The notes beneath the pieces are model-generated. The model had not been told where the DNA came from. It did no database searches and worked only from the letters and a program-made list of their open reading frames with translations. A stretch of DNA of 57,675 nucleotides from Candidatus Woesearchaeota archaeon (lineage in GTDB: Archaea > Nanobdellota > Nanobdellia > SCGC-AAA011-G17 > PNOQ01), in NCBI GenBank assembly GCA_964474895.1, contig CAYYUK010000003.1, forward strand, positions 1 through 57,675, in the 5' to 3' direction. A program made the position numbers and the translations under genes. Every line of letters begins with the position of its first letter. Within the stretch, counting starts at the first letter, position 1. Positions 1 to 9,592 of the stretch are shown here, in pieces.

Positions 1-3000
1 TGAAGAATCTGCTAGATTCTTCTGCATCTAGTGAATTTCCTCCTCCGCCCCCACCTCCGGTGGAGCCACCAGAATCACCAGGATCATCCCCATTGGGAGA
101 AACCGGATCAATTACATTTACATCTTGTGTAGTATTAGCTGTTTGATTTGTATTGCCTGCACTTGGTTGAGAAACTATTATTTGTACACCAGTATCAACA
201 CCGCTTGGAAGATCAACCAAGATACTATGATAATCATAAGCATTAGCAGAAATATTATCAAAAGACCGATTCAAAAGACTGTCAGTTGTCCACTCTGCTG
301 GCAATGTAATCAGATTGCTAACGTTTGTAGCGGTTTCATTTCCAAGATTCATAACTTTAACAGTATAGTTAATATCTGTATCGCCAACCAATGCAGAAGC
401 ACTATAAGTTGTAAACCCTGTCCAAATATAGGGTCCGGCCTGATAAGAAACAATATCACCTGAAGAAGTCCTACTTTCCATGTCAGCAGCGGAGCCATTT
501 CCATGTGTGGAAGTAATAACTAAAGAATACAAACCAACATCAGTAGGAAGACTAGCATTAACTTCTAAAGTAGTTGTATTCTCTGCAGAAACTTCCACAA
601 CAAATGGCTCTAAGGAACCATTAAAATAAATCCAATCAGATTTTGTAGAAGTTAAGGTAAAATTAACAACATAATCTGCAGTATTATTTATGGTTAAATT
701 TAAAATATTAATGTTAGTTCCAATTTTTCCAGAAACGGCCTCAAAGGAAGAAGGTGTCATACCCCATGTCAAGTCATAATCAACTAATATTGTTGTATTT
801 TCAGTAAGATTATTATTACCTGTCGAATCTGAAGCATTTATTCTATATGTATAATTTCCCTGATTAACAGCAGAAAAATTAGCAATGTAACTAACACCTG
901 ACACTAGAGACATATTTAATTCTATCCAATTAGAGGTAGAATTTTTGTATTGCAAAACAACACTACTAATATTTATTTTATCAACGACATCAGCAGTAAC
1001 ATTAACAATTACACCAGGATCTAAGTCATCTGCAGTATCTGGAATGTTTGTAATGTTCTCTACATAGGGTGGAGTAACATCGCTAATATTAAAATGTATT
1101 AAAGGAGTAAAATTTATATTATTACCAATATCTTTAGCGTAAAATTTACAATATGAATTAAATACTTTTAAATCACTATAAGGAATAGTATAATTAACCC
1201 AACTCTCGTTGTTATCCAAGGAAATAGTATGATTTATAGCAGTTCCAGTAGCATTGGTTTCAACATAACCTTCTTTTAACCTAAGATCATCAGACCAGTA
1301 AGAGTAACAAGTAACATTCTGACTATCATTAATTAATTCTGGAGTTTTGTTATACTCTGAATAATATGGATAAGCTGTATCTCCATAGTTTACGTCACCA
1401 ATAGAATAACTCACCTCATTAGAAAGGACACTATAAGTGTCATTCATAGTTCCATAACCATCTTCACCATCCCAAAACAGTCTGGCTATTTTAGTAGTGT
1501 AAGAACTTCCATTGGAAACAGGTGTAGCAAGAGCTGAAATAAGATATCTTGTATATGATTCTCTTGCAGATTGATCATTGAAATAAATTTTTGGTTCTTC
1601 TTCAGTATTAATTGTTCTATTCAAAAAAACATCACCAATAGAAGTTTTGTCATTATCATTATAAACGCCAATCCAAGTCATATTGACATTTAAATTGGTA
1701 AAATCTGGACCATTCCCAACTGTTAAATTATTTTCAGAAACAGTTCCGTTAGCATATCCCCAGGCAACTTTAGTGAATGTGCCATCTTCGTAAATAACAT
1801 AATAGTCTACCAATTCACTTACAGTGTAATCATTCAAAAAGTCTAGGCTTGTTTCATAAACAAAATAATTATTTTTTGAATACGTCCAATAAGTTTGATT
1901 AAATGGTAACTCCGTATTATGAACCCCTCCAGAAGAACTCAAATAACCTGAAATAGTATACTTATTAAAAATGGGCCCTGAGTACTCAAGATTTACATTT
2001 GGTGTCTGATCATTCTCTGCTGCATAAATTGCAGGGGGACTCGTAAACACATAAGGGGAAGCTTGCATAGGATCATCTCCAGCTAAATTTGGTACGCTTC
2101 CTTGTTTAGTCCAAGCAGAATCCATTAACCCGCCATCATCAGAATCAGTTCTGATAACATAATAAGAATTGTTAAAGAACCTATAATTACTAGTAGTAGT
2201 ATAAGTTTCCAAATCAGTACCATAACTTGTATTTTCAGTAGCAACATCGTTATAGTGAACATAATAAGTTCTATTCGCTCCTTTGCTAAAAGAGGCAAGC
2301 CAAACAACATTTATAGAAGTAGTCGTACCATTTGTAGATGTGTAATTGTAAGTTTGAGAAGGAATCTCTGTATGAATAGTTCCATTATAAGATGTAATTC
2401 TTATAGAATCATTATATGTACTTTCACTCAAATTAATATTAACATCCACGGGATAAAAATATCTTTCAGTAACATTTGGTTCAGTTATATTTATTTCTTT
2501 ACTATACACAAAAATATTACTATTATTATCTGTAAAATTATCTTGCCAATTTGCCCCCCCATAAAAAGAATATTCAAAAGTTTCAGAATCAGTACTATTA
2601 GAATAAATAGCAACATCAAAAAATCCAGCAGTACCATCTAGAATATAATCTAAAGAGTAAACCAAACCATTTTCATTATCCATAATAGTCTTATCAAAAA
2701 TATTATTGCCATCAGAGTCATTAACAACTATTCTAGGATATCCCTCATAGGCATTATAGACAAAAGTTTTTAGTTTGCTATCCTCGTTTTCAGCAAAAAA
2801 AGATTTGGAACTGTTGTCCACATCATATGTTTTAAACCAAACAATATTTGGAGCAATAGAAAAGCCAACATCTGTGTCATTAATAAAATTATATCCCGTC
2901 AAATTAAAAGCAGAAGCAGTAATGTTAAATGGTCCACCAACATCAGTACCATTAATTGTATAATTATACTCCCAAAGCTCTGCGTCTCCACCAGTACCAT

Positions 3001-6000
3001 TTATCATACTAAAGATAACTGATGTACCATTAACAAAATTAATCGTAACATTTACAGCACTGATCAAATCAGGACGTTTAGATTCATTAACTCTTATTGT
3101 CAAGATGTCATTAGCACTATAATCCATAGCAGAAGGATAATTAGCCAAGATTGTAATCAATGGCCAGTCTTCCAAAACAATACTTATAATCTTACTAGAA
3201 CTCATATTGGCAACGTTAGATCCCGAAAAGTGTTCTGATTCTGTGGCATCAAATGTATGATTATTATAATAAGTTTTTCCCAAATTATCATTACCACTCC
3301 TAACACCAACATATTCTCTAAGTGGCATCGGAGAAGTTAACCCGTCAGAATCAGTAGTCTCATTTCCAACCAATGTAGATGTGTTATCATAAGCTAAGAC
3401 CGTAGCATTATCAACTTGACCATTAGTATTAGAAACATTTACTATACCATACCAAAGTCTTTCAACAGTAGAGTAATCATCTCTTAGATAAAGTGCATCG
3501 TCGTCATAACTAGAATTCAAAAAGTAAAAGTATGAATTAGCCGCAATAGAACCTAACAAACGATAATCATATATTGAATCAGTATCAACAATTTTATTAT
3601 TTGCAAAATCTGTTTGCCTTATTTTGCTATAAGACATATAAAAACCAGAATACCCGCTCTCAAGAATATTATCTGTAAATGTATTATTATGGCTATACGA
3701 ATAAACTATGGATGAACCGCCAGTGTTATTCACAACATTGCCTGAAAAATTATTATAACTAGAATAACTTAAATATATGCCTGCATCAGTATCCCAATTT
3801 GAAGTAGTGCCTGAAGTAATATTATTCCCAACAAATTGATTATATGTTGCATCATCCAAATAAACACCACGATAATGATAACTACTTAATGAATTATTCA
3901 CAATTCTATTGGCAGTAGACGCCTGATAAATATAAATCCCATAATAATTGCCATTTCCAAGAGCTCCCCAAACATAATTGTTAGTAATATTAACATTTTG
4001 TGTACCACCTAAAACCAAGATTCCTGAAGCAGTACCATTAATTACATTACTATCAACAACACCTCCTTCAATATCATTCAATCCTAGACCGTTATCATTT
4101 GACGTTCCAGAAAGAATGGTATTATTGGCTAAAATTAAATCGGTGGCTATAGATACATACGTACCATAACCATTACCAGCCCTAATCGTATTATTAATTA
4201 TCTTAGTATTTGTATTGGTGCTAACAACATAAAGTCCATTAGTTGCACCTTGTATAACATTATTAATAAAAGTATTATTTACAGAAGTTGAAGTCAGCAA
4301 ATAAGCTCCAATCTCTGCAGTAGAATTCAAGATATTAGAATCAACATAATTATTATGAGAGTCACTTTCAAGCCTTAATGCAGTATATCTTGAAGTTATA
4401 TTATTTTCAGTAATGTTATTTCCACCAGAACCTAAATATGCCCTAATTCCATAATGATTTCCTCCAGAAGTGCTCTTCAATAAATTTCTATAAAATACAT
4501 TATCCCCGCAATGATCATTTAGATAAATTACATAAGAATTAGTAGAAATAGCTGAATTATTTATATAATAATTATTAGAAGAATAAGAAACAACATAAAA
4601 AGAATAACTGTAAGAAGTTATATTATTACCAACCATCCTATTACCCGTTGCATAGTTGTTTATGTACACCCCATAAGCAGTTGAAGAATCAATCATATTG
4701 TTTGTAAGATTGTTATCTGTGGAATAGGTTTGGATGGAAACCCCGTTTCTAGAAGTAATGTTATTTTGATAAACATTATTATTGGAAGAATAATAATTTA
4801 GTCTAAATCCATAAGTAAGTGGTGAAGAAAAAGAGTTGTTTTCTATTATCGAATTATCCAAGTCATAAAATTCCCCGGCAGGATAGTCATTTTGACTACT
4901 TATTGCAGTATTATTGATGAAAGTTATATTATCTGCATACATCAAATAAATTCCCCTATCTCTATCCGTAGATCCCCCGACAAAAGTATTATTTGCAATC
5001 AGAACATTTACCATATATTGCATATTTGCACCATATCCATAGGTTCCAACTGCCTGACCACCATTAAATGAATTATTAACAATAGTAGAGTTATCCATAT
5101 AACCTATTTGAACACCATAATCTGATGATGTTGTACCCCCACTAAAATTTGAATTTATAATTGTCCAATTGTTATTCCTTACCTCACTACTATGCCAAAA
5201 ATATGCACCATATTCATTTTTCCCTGAAAAAGAGGAGTTCTCTATTCTCATATTTTGAACAGAATAAGTTAAAGCACCATCATAATAACCATTAGTTAAA
5301 TTAGAATTTAAAATAACTATATCGTCAGATCCTGAACCAACATAAAGATTCCTAGCAAACTCCTGAATGTTGCAATCTATTAATGTTAAACCGTCGTAAT
5401 TAACATTATTTATTATGACACCATATCCACTAGTATCATCATCCCCATCAACCACATGCCCCTGACAATTTAAAGTTACATTTGTTGCAGAAACAGTAAA
5501 GCAAGTACCATCATCATTTGTAATGTCTGCATCCAATAAATAAACTTGATTTGCAGTACTTAACGTTTGACAAGTAGAAATTGTAGCATCATTACTTGCA
5601 TAAGCAGTCTGACCTCCAAAATTAAACTCTAAATGATGTTTTCCCGGAGTCAAAACACCACTTATTTCAAATCCGGTTTCGCCATCACAAGCATAATTTT
5701 GGACAAAAATTGAATTATTACTAAAATCATACTCTACAAAAGCATCTCCACAACGAATTTCCAAAAATTCAAGATCTTCACCAAAAAAAGTATCGTTTAT
5801 CGCTATTATTCTCAAATCTGCTTGTCCAGTAGTATTAAACATAACAGTCCAATTTCCCCCAACAGTTGGATAAGACTGAACATTTAAAATTATAATCTCT
5901 AATTCATAAGTTTGGTTACTTAAAGAAGGAGTTATCCATTCTATGTAATCAACATTTCCATCTTCATCTTTATCATAAGCTATAAATTCTGCTTTTTCCC

Positions 6001-6757
6001 TTCCTTTTTCAGTAACATGATAAAGACCCAAATTTTCTTCTTTAATATTATTAACTTTGGTATACGTTAAAATATTTTCATAATGTTCTTCGCTTGATAT
6101 GATTATTTGTTTCTTCCAAGGATTAATTTCAATTTCTTTTGAAATTGGACCCGGCATATAATACTCAACTAATGCATTAGTAAGAGGTCCTTTAACCTTT
6201 AGAAGTCCATCAGAAAATTCTTCAAAAAATAAAGGATCACTAGGAGGCATATCTTCATCAACCATATCTATTACAAACTGAAAATTTTTATCTAAATGAT
6301 CGGCACCAAAAACAGAAATATCTGTAGCACTTTTTGGAAGCTCAACAGATAAACTAGATACTTCCTTATTCAACACTATTTTCTTTTCCCATTTTACTGG
6401 CTGATTAATCACAACATCATAATAGAAATTTGATATCTCTTTTGCTAATTTAATTGAATCATTAAAATCTTTTACATTGGGAGCTTCACTTTCTTTAGTT
6501 GGCTTAACTAGCCCAGAATTCCCTATAGAAACAAATTTATCATCAGACATTAACTCTGTAACATCCAAAAGTATATCTTCATTTTCACCCAATAAACCAT
6601 TGGCACCAAAAATTGTAGAATTCTCCAACAAGATTTCAGAATCATTCAAAAATGGACCATTGGGAAATGCATATGCAAAAGCTACAAAAAAGAAAACAAA
6701 AAAAAGCACCGGAAGGATTAGCTCTTTAGCTCTTCCTTTAAGATTAATCCTTATCAC
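1..6757 (-). CDS. Giant secreted/surface protein (>2250 aa, 3' end outside window): signal peptide, right-handed parallel beta-helix repeats, Ig/CARDB-like modules, poly-Gly linker
   Basis: Open frame from GTG 6757 (or ATT 6748, behind GGTGA) to the window edge. It is absent from the ORF track because it has no stop in the window; the frame was checked at several points. N-terminus ..LILPVLFFVFFFVAFAYAFP. N/S/T/G/Y-rich beta-helix repeats at about 3500-5500 (e.g. DNSIIENNSFSSPLTYGFR). CARDB-like YTVKVMNLGNETATNV, then GDSGGSTGGGGGGGNS near position 40. Many N-x-S/T sequons. Confidence 0.9.
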   Translation of the reverse strand, partial: MIRINLKGRAKELILPVLFFVFFFVAFAYAFPNGPFLNDSEILLENSTIFGANGLLGENEDILLDVTELMSDDKFVSIGNSGLVKPTKESEAPNVKDFNDSIKLAKEISNFYYDVVINQPVKWEKKIVLNKEVSSLSVELPKSATDISVFGADHLDKNFQFVIDMVDEDMPPSDPLFFEEFSDGLLKVKGPLTNALVEYYMPGPISKEIEINPWKKQIIISSEEHYENILTYTKVNNIKEENLGLYHVTEKGREKAEFIAYDKDEDGNVDYIEWITPSLSNQTYELEIIILNVQSYPTVGGNWTVMFNTTGQADLRIIAINDTFFGEDLEFLEIRCGDAFVEYDFSNNSIFVQNYACDGETGFEISGVLTPGKHHLEFNFGGQTAYASNDATISTCQTLSTANQVYLLDADITNDDGTCFTVSATNVTLNCQGHVVDGDDDTSGYGVIINNVNYDGLTLIDCNIQEFARNLYVGSGSDDIVILNSNLTNGYYDGALTYSVQNMRIENSSFSGKNEYGAYFWHSSEVRNNNWTIINSNFSGGTTSSDYGVQIGYMDNSTIVNNSFNGGQAVGTYGYGANMQYMVNVLIANNTFVGGSTDRDRGIYLMYADNITFINNTAISSQNDYPAGEFYDLDNSIIENNSFSSPLTYGFRLNYYSSNNNVYQNNITSRNGVSIQTYSTDNNLTNNMIDSSTAYGVYINNYATGNRMVGNNITSYSYSFYVVSYSSNNYYINNSAISTNSYVIYLNDHCGDNVFYRNLLKSTSGGNHYGIRAYLGSGGNNITENNITSRYTALRLESDSHNNYVDSNILNSTAEIGAYLLTSTSVNNTFINNVIQGATNGLYVVSTNTNTKIINNTIRAGNGYGTYVSIATDLILANNTILSGTSNDNGLGLNDIEGGVVDSNVINGTASGILVLGGTQNVNITNNYVWGALGNGNYYGIYIYQASTANRIVNNSLSSYHYRGVYLDDATYNQFVGNNITSGTTSNWDTDAGIYLSYSSYNNFSGNVVNNTGGSSIVYSYSHNNTFTDNILESGYSGFYMSYSKIRQTDFANNKIVDTDSIYDYRLLGSIAANSYFYFLNSSYDDDALYLRDDYSTVERLWYGIVNVSNTNGQVDNATVLAYDNTSTLVGNETTDSDGLTSPMPLREYVGVRSGNDNLGKTYYNNHTFDATESEHFSGSNVANMSSSKIISIVLEDWPLITILANYPSAMDYSANDILTIRVNESKRPDLISAVNVTINFVNGTSVIFSMINGTGGDAELWEYNYTINGTDVGGPFNITASAFNLTGYNFINDTDVGFSIAPNIVWFKTYDVDNSSKSFFAENEDSKLKTFVYNAYEGYPRIVVNDSDGNNIFDKTIMDNENGLVYSLDYILDGTAGFFDVAIYSNSTDSETFEYSFYGGANWQDNFTDNNSNIFVYSKEINITEPNVTERYFYPVDVNINLSESTYNDSIRITSYNGTIHTEIPSQTYNYTSTNGTTTSINVVWLASFSKGANRTYYVHYNDVATENTSYGTDLETYTTTSNYRFFNNSYYVIRTDSDDGGLMDSAWTKQGSVPNLAGDDPMQASPYVFTSPPAIYAAENDQTPNVNLEYSGPIFNKYTISGYLSSSGGVHNTELPFNQTYWTYSKNNYFVYETSLDFLNDYTVSELVDYYVIYEDGTFTKVAWGYANGTVSENNLTVGNGPDFTNLNVNMTWIGVYNDNDKTSIGDVFLNRTINTEEEPKIYFNDQSARESYTRYLISALATPVSNGSSYTTKIARLFWDGEDGYGTMNDTYSVLSNEVSYSIGDVNYGDTAYPYYSEYNKTPELINDSQNVTCYSYWSDDLRLKEGYVETNATGTAINHTISLDNNESWVNYTIPYSDLKVFNSYCKFYAKDIGNNINFTPLIHFNISDVTPPYVENITNIPDTADDLDPGVIVNVTADVVDKINISSVVLQYKNSTSNWIELNMSLVSGVSYIANFSAVNQGNYTYRINASDSTGNNNLTENTTILVDYDLTWGMTPSSFEAVSGKIGTNINILNLTINNTADYVVNFTLTSTKSDWIYFNGSLEPFVVEVSAENTTTLEVNASLPTDVGLYSLVITSTHGNGSAADMESRTSSGDIVSYQAGPYIWTGFTTYSASALVGDTDINYTVKVMNLGNETATNVSNLITLPAEWTTDSLLNRSFDNISANAYDYHSILVDLPSGVDTGVQIIVSQPSAGNTNQTANTTQDVNVIDPVSPNGDDPGDSGGSTGGGGGGGNSLDAEESSRFF

Positions 6758-6890
6758 CCTTTATTTTTTCTAATTCATTGCTAATAAATACTTCAACCCG
6801 CTTAGACAAAATAATCCCTTCTTCCTTACAGTATTTCATATAAGAATCATATATTCTTTTTTCAATTGAAAGAGTCACCTTTTTTTTCAT
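6744..6890 (-). CDS. Ribbon-helix-helix (CopG/Arc/MetJ-like) DNA-binding protein, 48 aa
   Basis: Hand translation MKKKVTLSIEKRIYDSYMKYCKEEGIILSKRVEVFISNELEKIKGDKD: alternating beta-strand KKVTLSI, helix, G turn, then a helix starting LSK. Below the ORF-track length cutoff. The stop overlaps the start of the giant gene. Confidence 0.85.
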   Translation of the reverse strand: MKKKVTLSIEKRIYDSYMKYCKEEGIILSKRVEVFISNELEKIKGDKD

Positions 6891-6901
6891 ATGCAAAAAT
6901 A

Positions 6902-6921
6902 TATACATACATGTATGTATA
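6902..6921. promoter_or_regulatory. Perfect 20-bp palindrome TATACATACATGTATGTATA, candidate operator of the RHH protein
   Basis: Exact self reverse-complement, 11 bp upstream of the RHH ATG and just downstream (minus strand) of a TATA-like TTTAAAAA at about 6930-6937. Confidence 0.7.
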
Positions 6922-6985
6922 AACCCACCTTTTTAAATAAACATAAATATTCACGTAAGTTTACTTTATAAATATTTCGAAAGAA

Positions 6986-8383
6986 TTATGATAGTTTTAT
7001 ATTCTTCAACCTAATAGATGGACCACCCATCCACACAGGAATGCCTTGCATAGGTTCACCCTTACCACAAGTTCCTGCAAAAGTCTTAAAATTATTCGCA
7101 ATCTCATCTACAGAACTCCAAAGCAAAGGAGTAGTTATTTCTAATGCAGGAGATTTAACTGGCTTAGTTATCTCGCCATTTTCAATTAAGTAAGCCTCAT
7201 TACCAACATATTTTTGATGATATCTAACATCATCAATATTCCACTCCATAAAATTTTTAATATAAACGCCTTTCTTGACACCACCAATCATTTCTTCTTC
7301 AGATATCTTTCCAGGCAACAACAAAGTATTTGACATCCTTATTATGGGCTCAACAGAAAATCCATTCGCTCTTGCAGAACCATTACTTTCAAGATCCATC
7401 TTAAAAGCAGTCTCCCTATTATGCATAAACTCTGTAATTAGCCCATCTTTAACCATAAACTTCCTTCTAGCTTTTACCCCCTCATCATCATACCCATAAA
7501 AACCAAAACTACCTTCAATAGTTGGATCATCAACAATGTTAACTTTAGAACTAGCAATTTTATGGCCTATCATGCTCTTCTTGATAAAAGACTCTCCTGC
7601 CTGTGCAGCTTCTCTCCCAAAAATTCTATCTGCCTCATAAGGATGCCCTCCCGATTCATGAACTGCAATACCAACAACTTCGGGTGCCAAGACAACATCG
7701 AGGTTATCTGTAGGAGTTTTAACACCAAACTTAATATTCTCCCTCAAAGCTTTTAGCTCAGCATCAATTTCTTTTTCAAGTTCCCATTTTTTAAACAACT
7801 CATATCCACCAACACCACCATGTTGTAAATTTCTTTGGATTATTTCACCATCCTCTTTCAATGTTAAAAAATAAAAGAAGTTTACTCTTGGTAACTCTGA
7901 ATAAATTTTGGAACCTTCCGTATTCACATAATATTTTTTAACATATTCATCAGATAAACTAAAATACTTGTGATCGCTTTTTAAATTTTTATTCAAATCA
8001 TTAATCAATTTAAACTTATAACTTGGATCAACATCTCTAATATCTATTTTTTGTGCAACTTTGGTATTTCCATTCATCGCTTTTGATTTTGAAAATTTAA
8101 TTTTTTCTGCAAGCTTATGTGATCTAACAGTTAATTTAAGAGATTTATCCAATAACTTTTTAACCTTATTTTTATCAAAATCATTTATCGCAATAAACCC
8201 AACATTATGTTTAATAGAAAATCTAATACCAATTCCTGAAGAATCCCCAAAAGAAGAAACTTCCGGAATCCCATCTCTCAATGTAAAACTAGAAAACTCA
8301 CCACTTTCAGCCCTAGCCTCAGCATAATCTACCCCATTCTTCAGTAAATAAGCAATTGAAAAATCTGCCATCTCTTGAAACAT
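6986..8383 (-). CDS. tldD: TldD/PmbA family metalloprotease (catalytic TldD type)
   Basis: AVHESGGH (HExxGH), DDEGV, HNRETA, RMSNT and C-terminal GTCGK..P...GGP motifs. Start set at ATG 8383, about 25 nt after a TTATATAA box. Confidence 0.92.
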   Translation of the reverse strand: MFQEMADFSIAYLLKNGVDYAEARAESGEFSSFTLRDGIPEVSSFGDSSGIGIRFSIKHNVGFIAINDFDKNKVKKLLDKSLKLTVRSHKLAEKIKFSKSKAMNGNTKVAQKIDIRDVDPSYKFKLINDLNKNLKSDHKYFSLSDEYVKKYYVNTEGSKIYSELPRVNFFYFLTLKEDGEIIQRNLQHGGVGGYELFKKWELEKEIDAELKALRENIKFGVKTPTDNLDVVLAPEVVGIAVHESGGHPYEADRIFGREAAQAGESFIKKSMIGHKIASSKVNIVDDPTIEGSFGFYGYDDEGVKARRKFMVKDGLITEFMHNRETAFKMDLESNGSARANGFSVEPIIRMSNTLLLPGKISEEEMIGGVKKGVYIKNFMEWNIDDVRYHQKYVGNEAYLIENGEITKPVKSPALEITTPLLWSSVDEIANNFKTFAGTCGKGEPMQGIPVWMGGPSIRLKNIKLS

Positions 8384-8450
8384 AGTCAACACAATTCAAA
8401 GCTAGCTTATATAATTTACTAAAGAAAAAAAGAAGAAAAAGAAAAAAGAT

Positions 8451-9404
8451 TTAGTTATCAAACTGAACTTCCACCATGGACTGAACATTAGAATATCTAT
8501 ATCTTCCAATGTCAGAAGTTCCAAGTCCCAAAACTTCAACTTGAATTAAATCTCCTGCACTAAACTCACTAAGTCCTCTTTCCTGAGTACCGTGGTTAAC
8601 TAAATATCCCTCGCTATCAACTTCTTCAGACAAAGTATAGACGGTTTCATCATTAATCTTCACATGAATTTCAAAAGTTCCAGGTAGATGAATGTTGTTT
8701 ATCTGAGCAACAACTGAAGCTCCAACTATACTTCCATCCCTAATCATTGGAACACCCAACTCTTCGCTACATTGTATGTCATTTCCTTCCATATAAAGAT
8801 AAGTTCTGCCTCTTGCTACCCTCTTATGTCCAAACTGAAAATTCTGTCTAGAACCCAAAAGTTCTCCTTCAATTGTTAAATCATCAGCAAATCTTGAAGC
8901 ATGTTTAACATAAAGACTTCCTTCATTAGAAAAAAATCCATCCATTAAAAGGGCTCCTGCAATTCTAACTTCATTTTCATCAGTTCCAACCTTAAATACT
9001 TCTAAACCATCATTATCCTTTCTAACCACAAATGCATCTTCAGAGGTATCATCAACAACCAATCTACCGTTAATAGTTACCAAAGACTCAATTATGTCCA
9101 TCACAGTACCCCCACTAGGCTGAAATGCAAAACCTGATGCCGAAATAAAATTAAGCTTGTCTTCGCTACCTATTAAAGCAATAGCATTCGCAGCACCAGA
9201 AATAGCAATAGGGTGGCTTACAAACTGATGTGCAGTTACTCTCTCTGCATCCAAATTAAAAACACCCAAGTCTACATCATCTACTGCTCCTTCATAAGGA
9301 ACATACTCATCAGGTCTATCTGCATCGGATAATCCAATAACACTAAAAAATAACAAAAATATAAGAACTGATGTACTAAAAATTCTATTAATATTAGCTT
9401 TCAT
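8451..9404 (-). CDS. Secreted protein with fibre/virion-structural-like motifs, 317 aa
   Basis: Signal peptide MKANINRIFSTSVLIFLLFFSVIGLSDA; YVPYEGAVDDVDLG segment; beta-rich C-terminal domain ending SAGDLIQVEV. Confidence 0.6.
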   Translation of the reverse strand: MKANINRIFSTSVLIFLLFFSVIGLSDADRPDEYVPYEGAVDDVDLGVFNLDAERVTAHQFVSHPIAISGAANAIALIGSEDKLNFISASGFAFQPSGGTVMDIIESLVTINGRLVVDDTSEDAFVVRKDNDGLEVFKVGTDENEVRIAGALLMDGFFSNEGSLYVKHASRFADDLTIEGELLGSRQNFQFGHKRVARGRTYLYMEGNDIQCSEELGVPMIRDGSIVGASVVAQINNIHLPGTFEIHVKINDETVYTLSEEVDSEGYLVNHGTQERGLSEFSAGDLIQVEVLGLGTSDIGRYRYSNVQSMVEVQFDN

Positions 9405-9592
9405 TGTATGCCGAAAAACTCCAAAGAGCTTTTAAATCTTTCCATTTTAAAAAAAAGAATAAAGAAATAGTGATAAAGAGGTGTTTGCCTACCCTACACC
9501 TATTTAAGCCATTTAAATACTTAATGAAGGTCCATGTCATCGTGTCAAGCAAAGGAAAAAGCTTAAATAAATTCTAAAAAATAAAGTAAAAT

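Noticed and set aside
125-6773. Short ORFs 125..463, 2125..2310, 2255..2641, 2775..2963, 3978..4169 and 6477..6773
   Set aside because: Antisense or off-frame shadows of the giant minus-strand gene. The same applies to the many 60-150 aa track ORFs nested in well-supported genes across the window.
9479-9501. AGGTGT-N11-ACACCT hairpin upstream of aspS as an attenuator or T-box-like element
   Set aside because: Only a 6-bp stem, and it lies upstream of the likely aspS TATA (about 9560-9570), so outside the leader.
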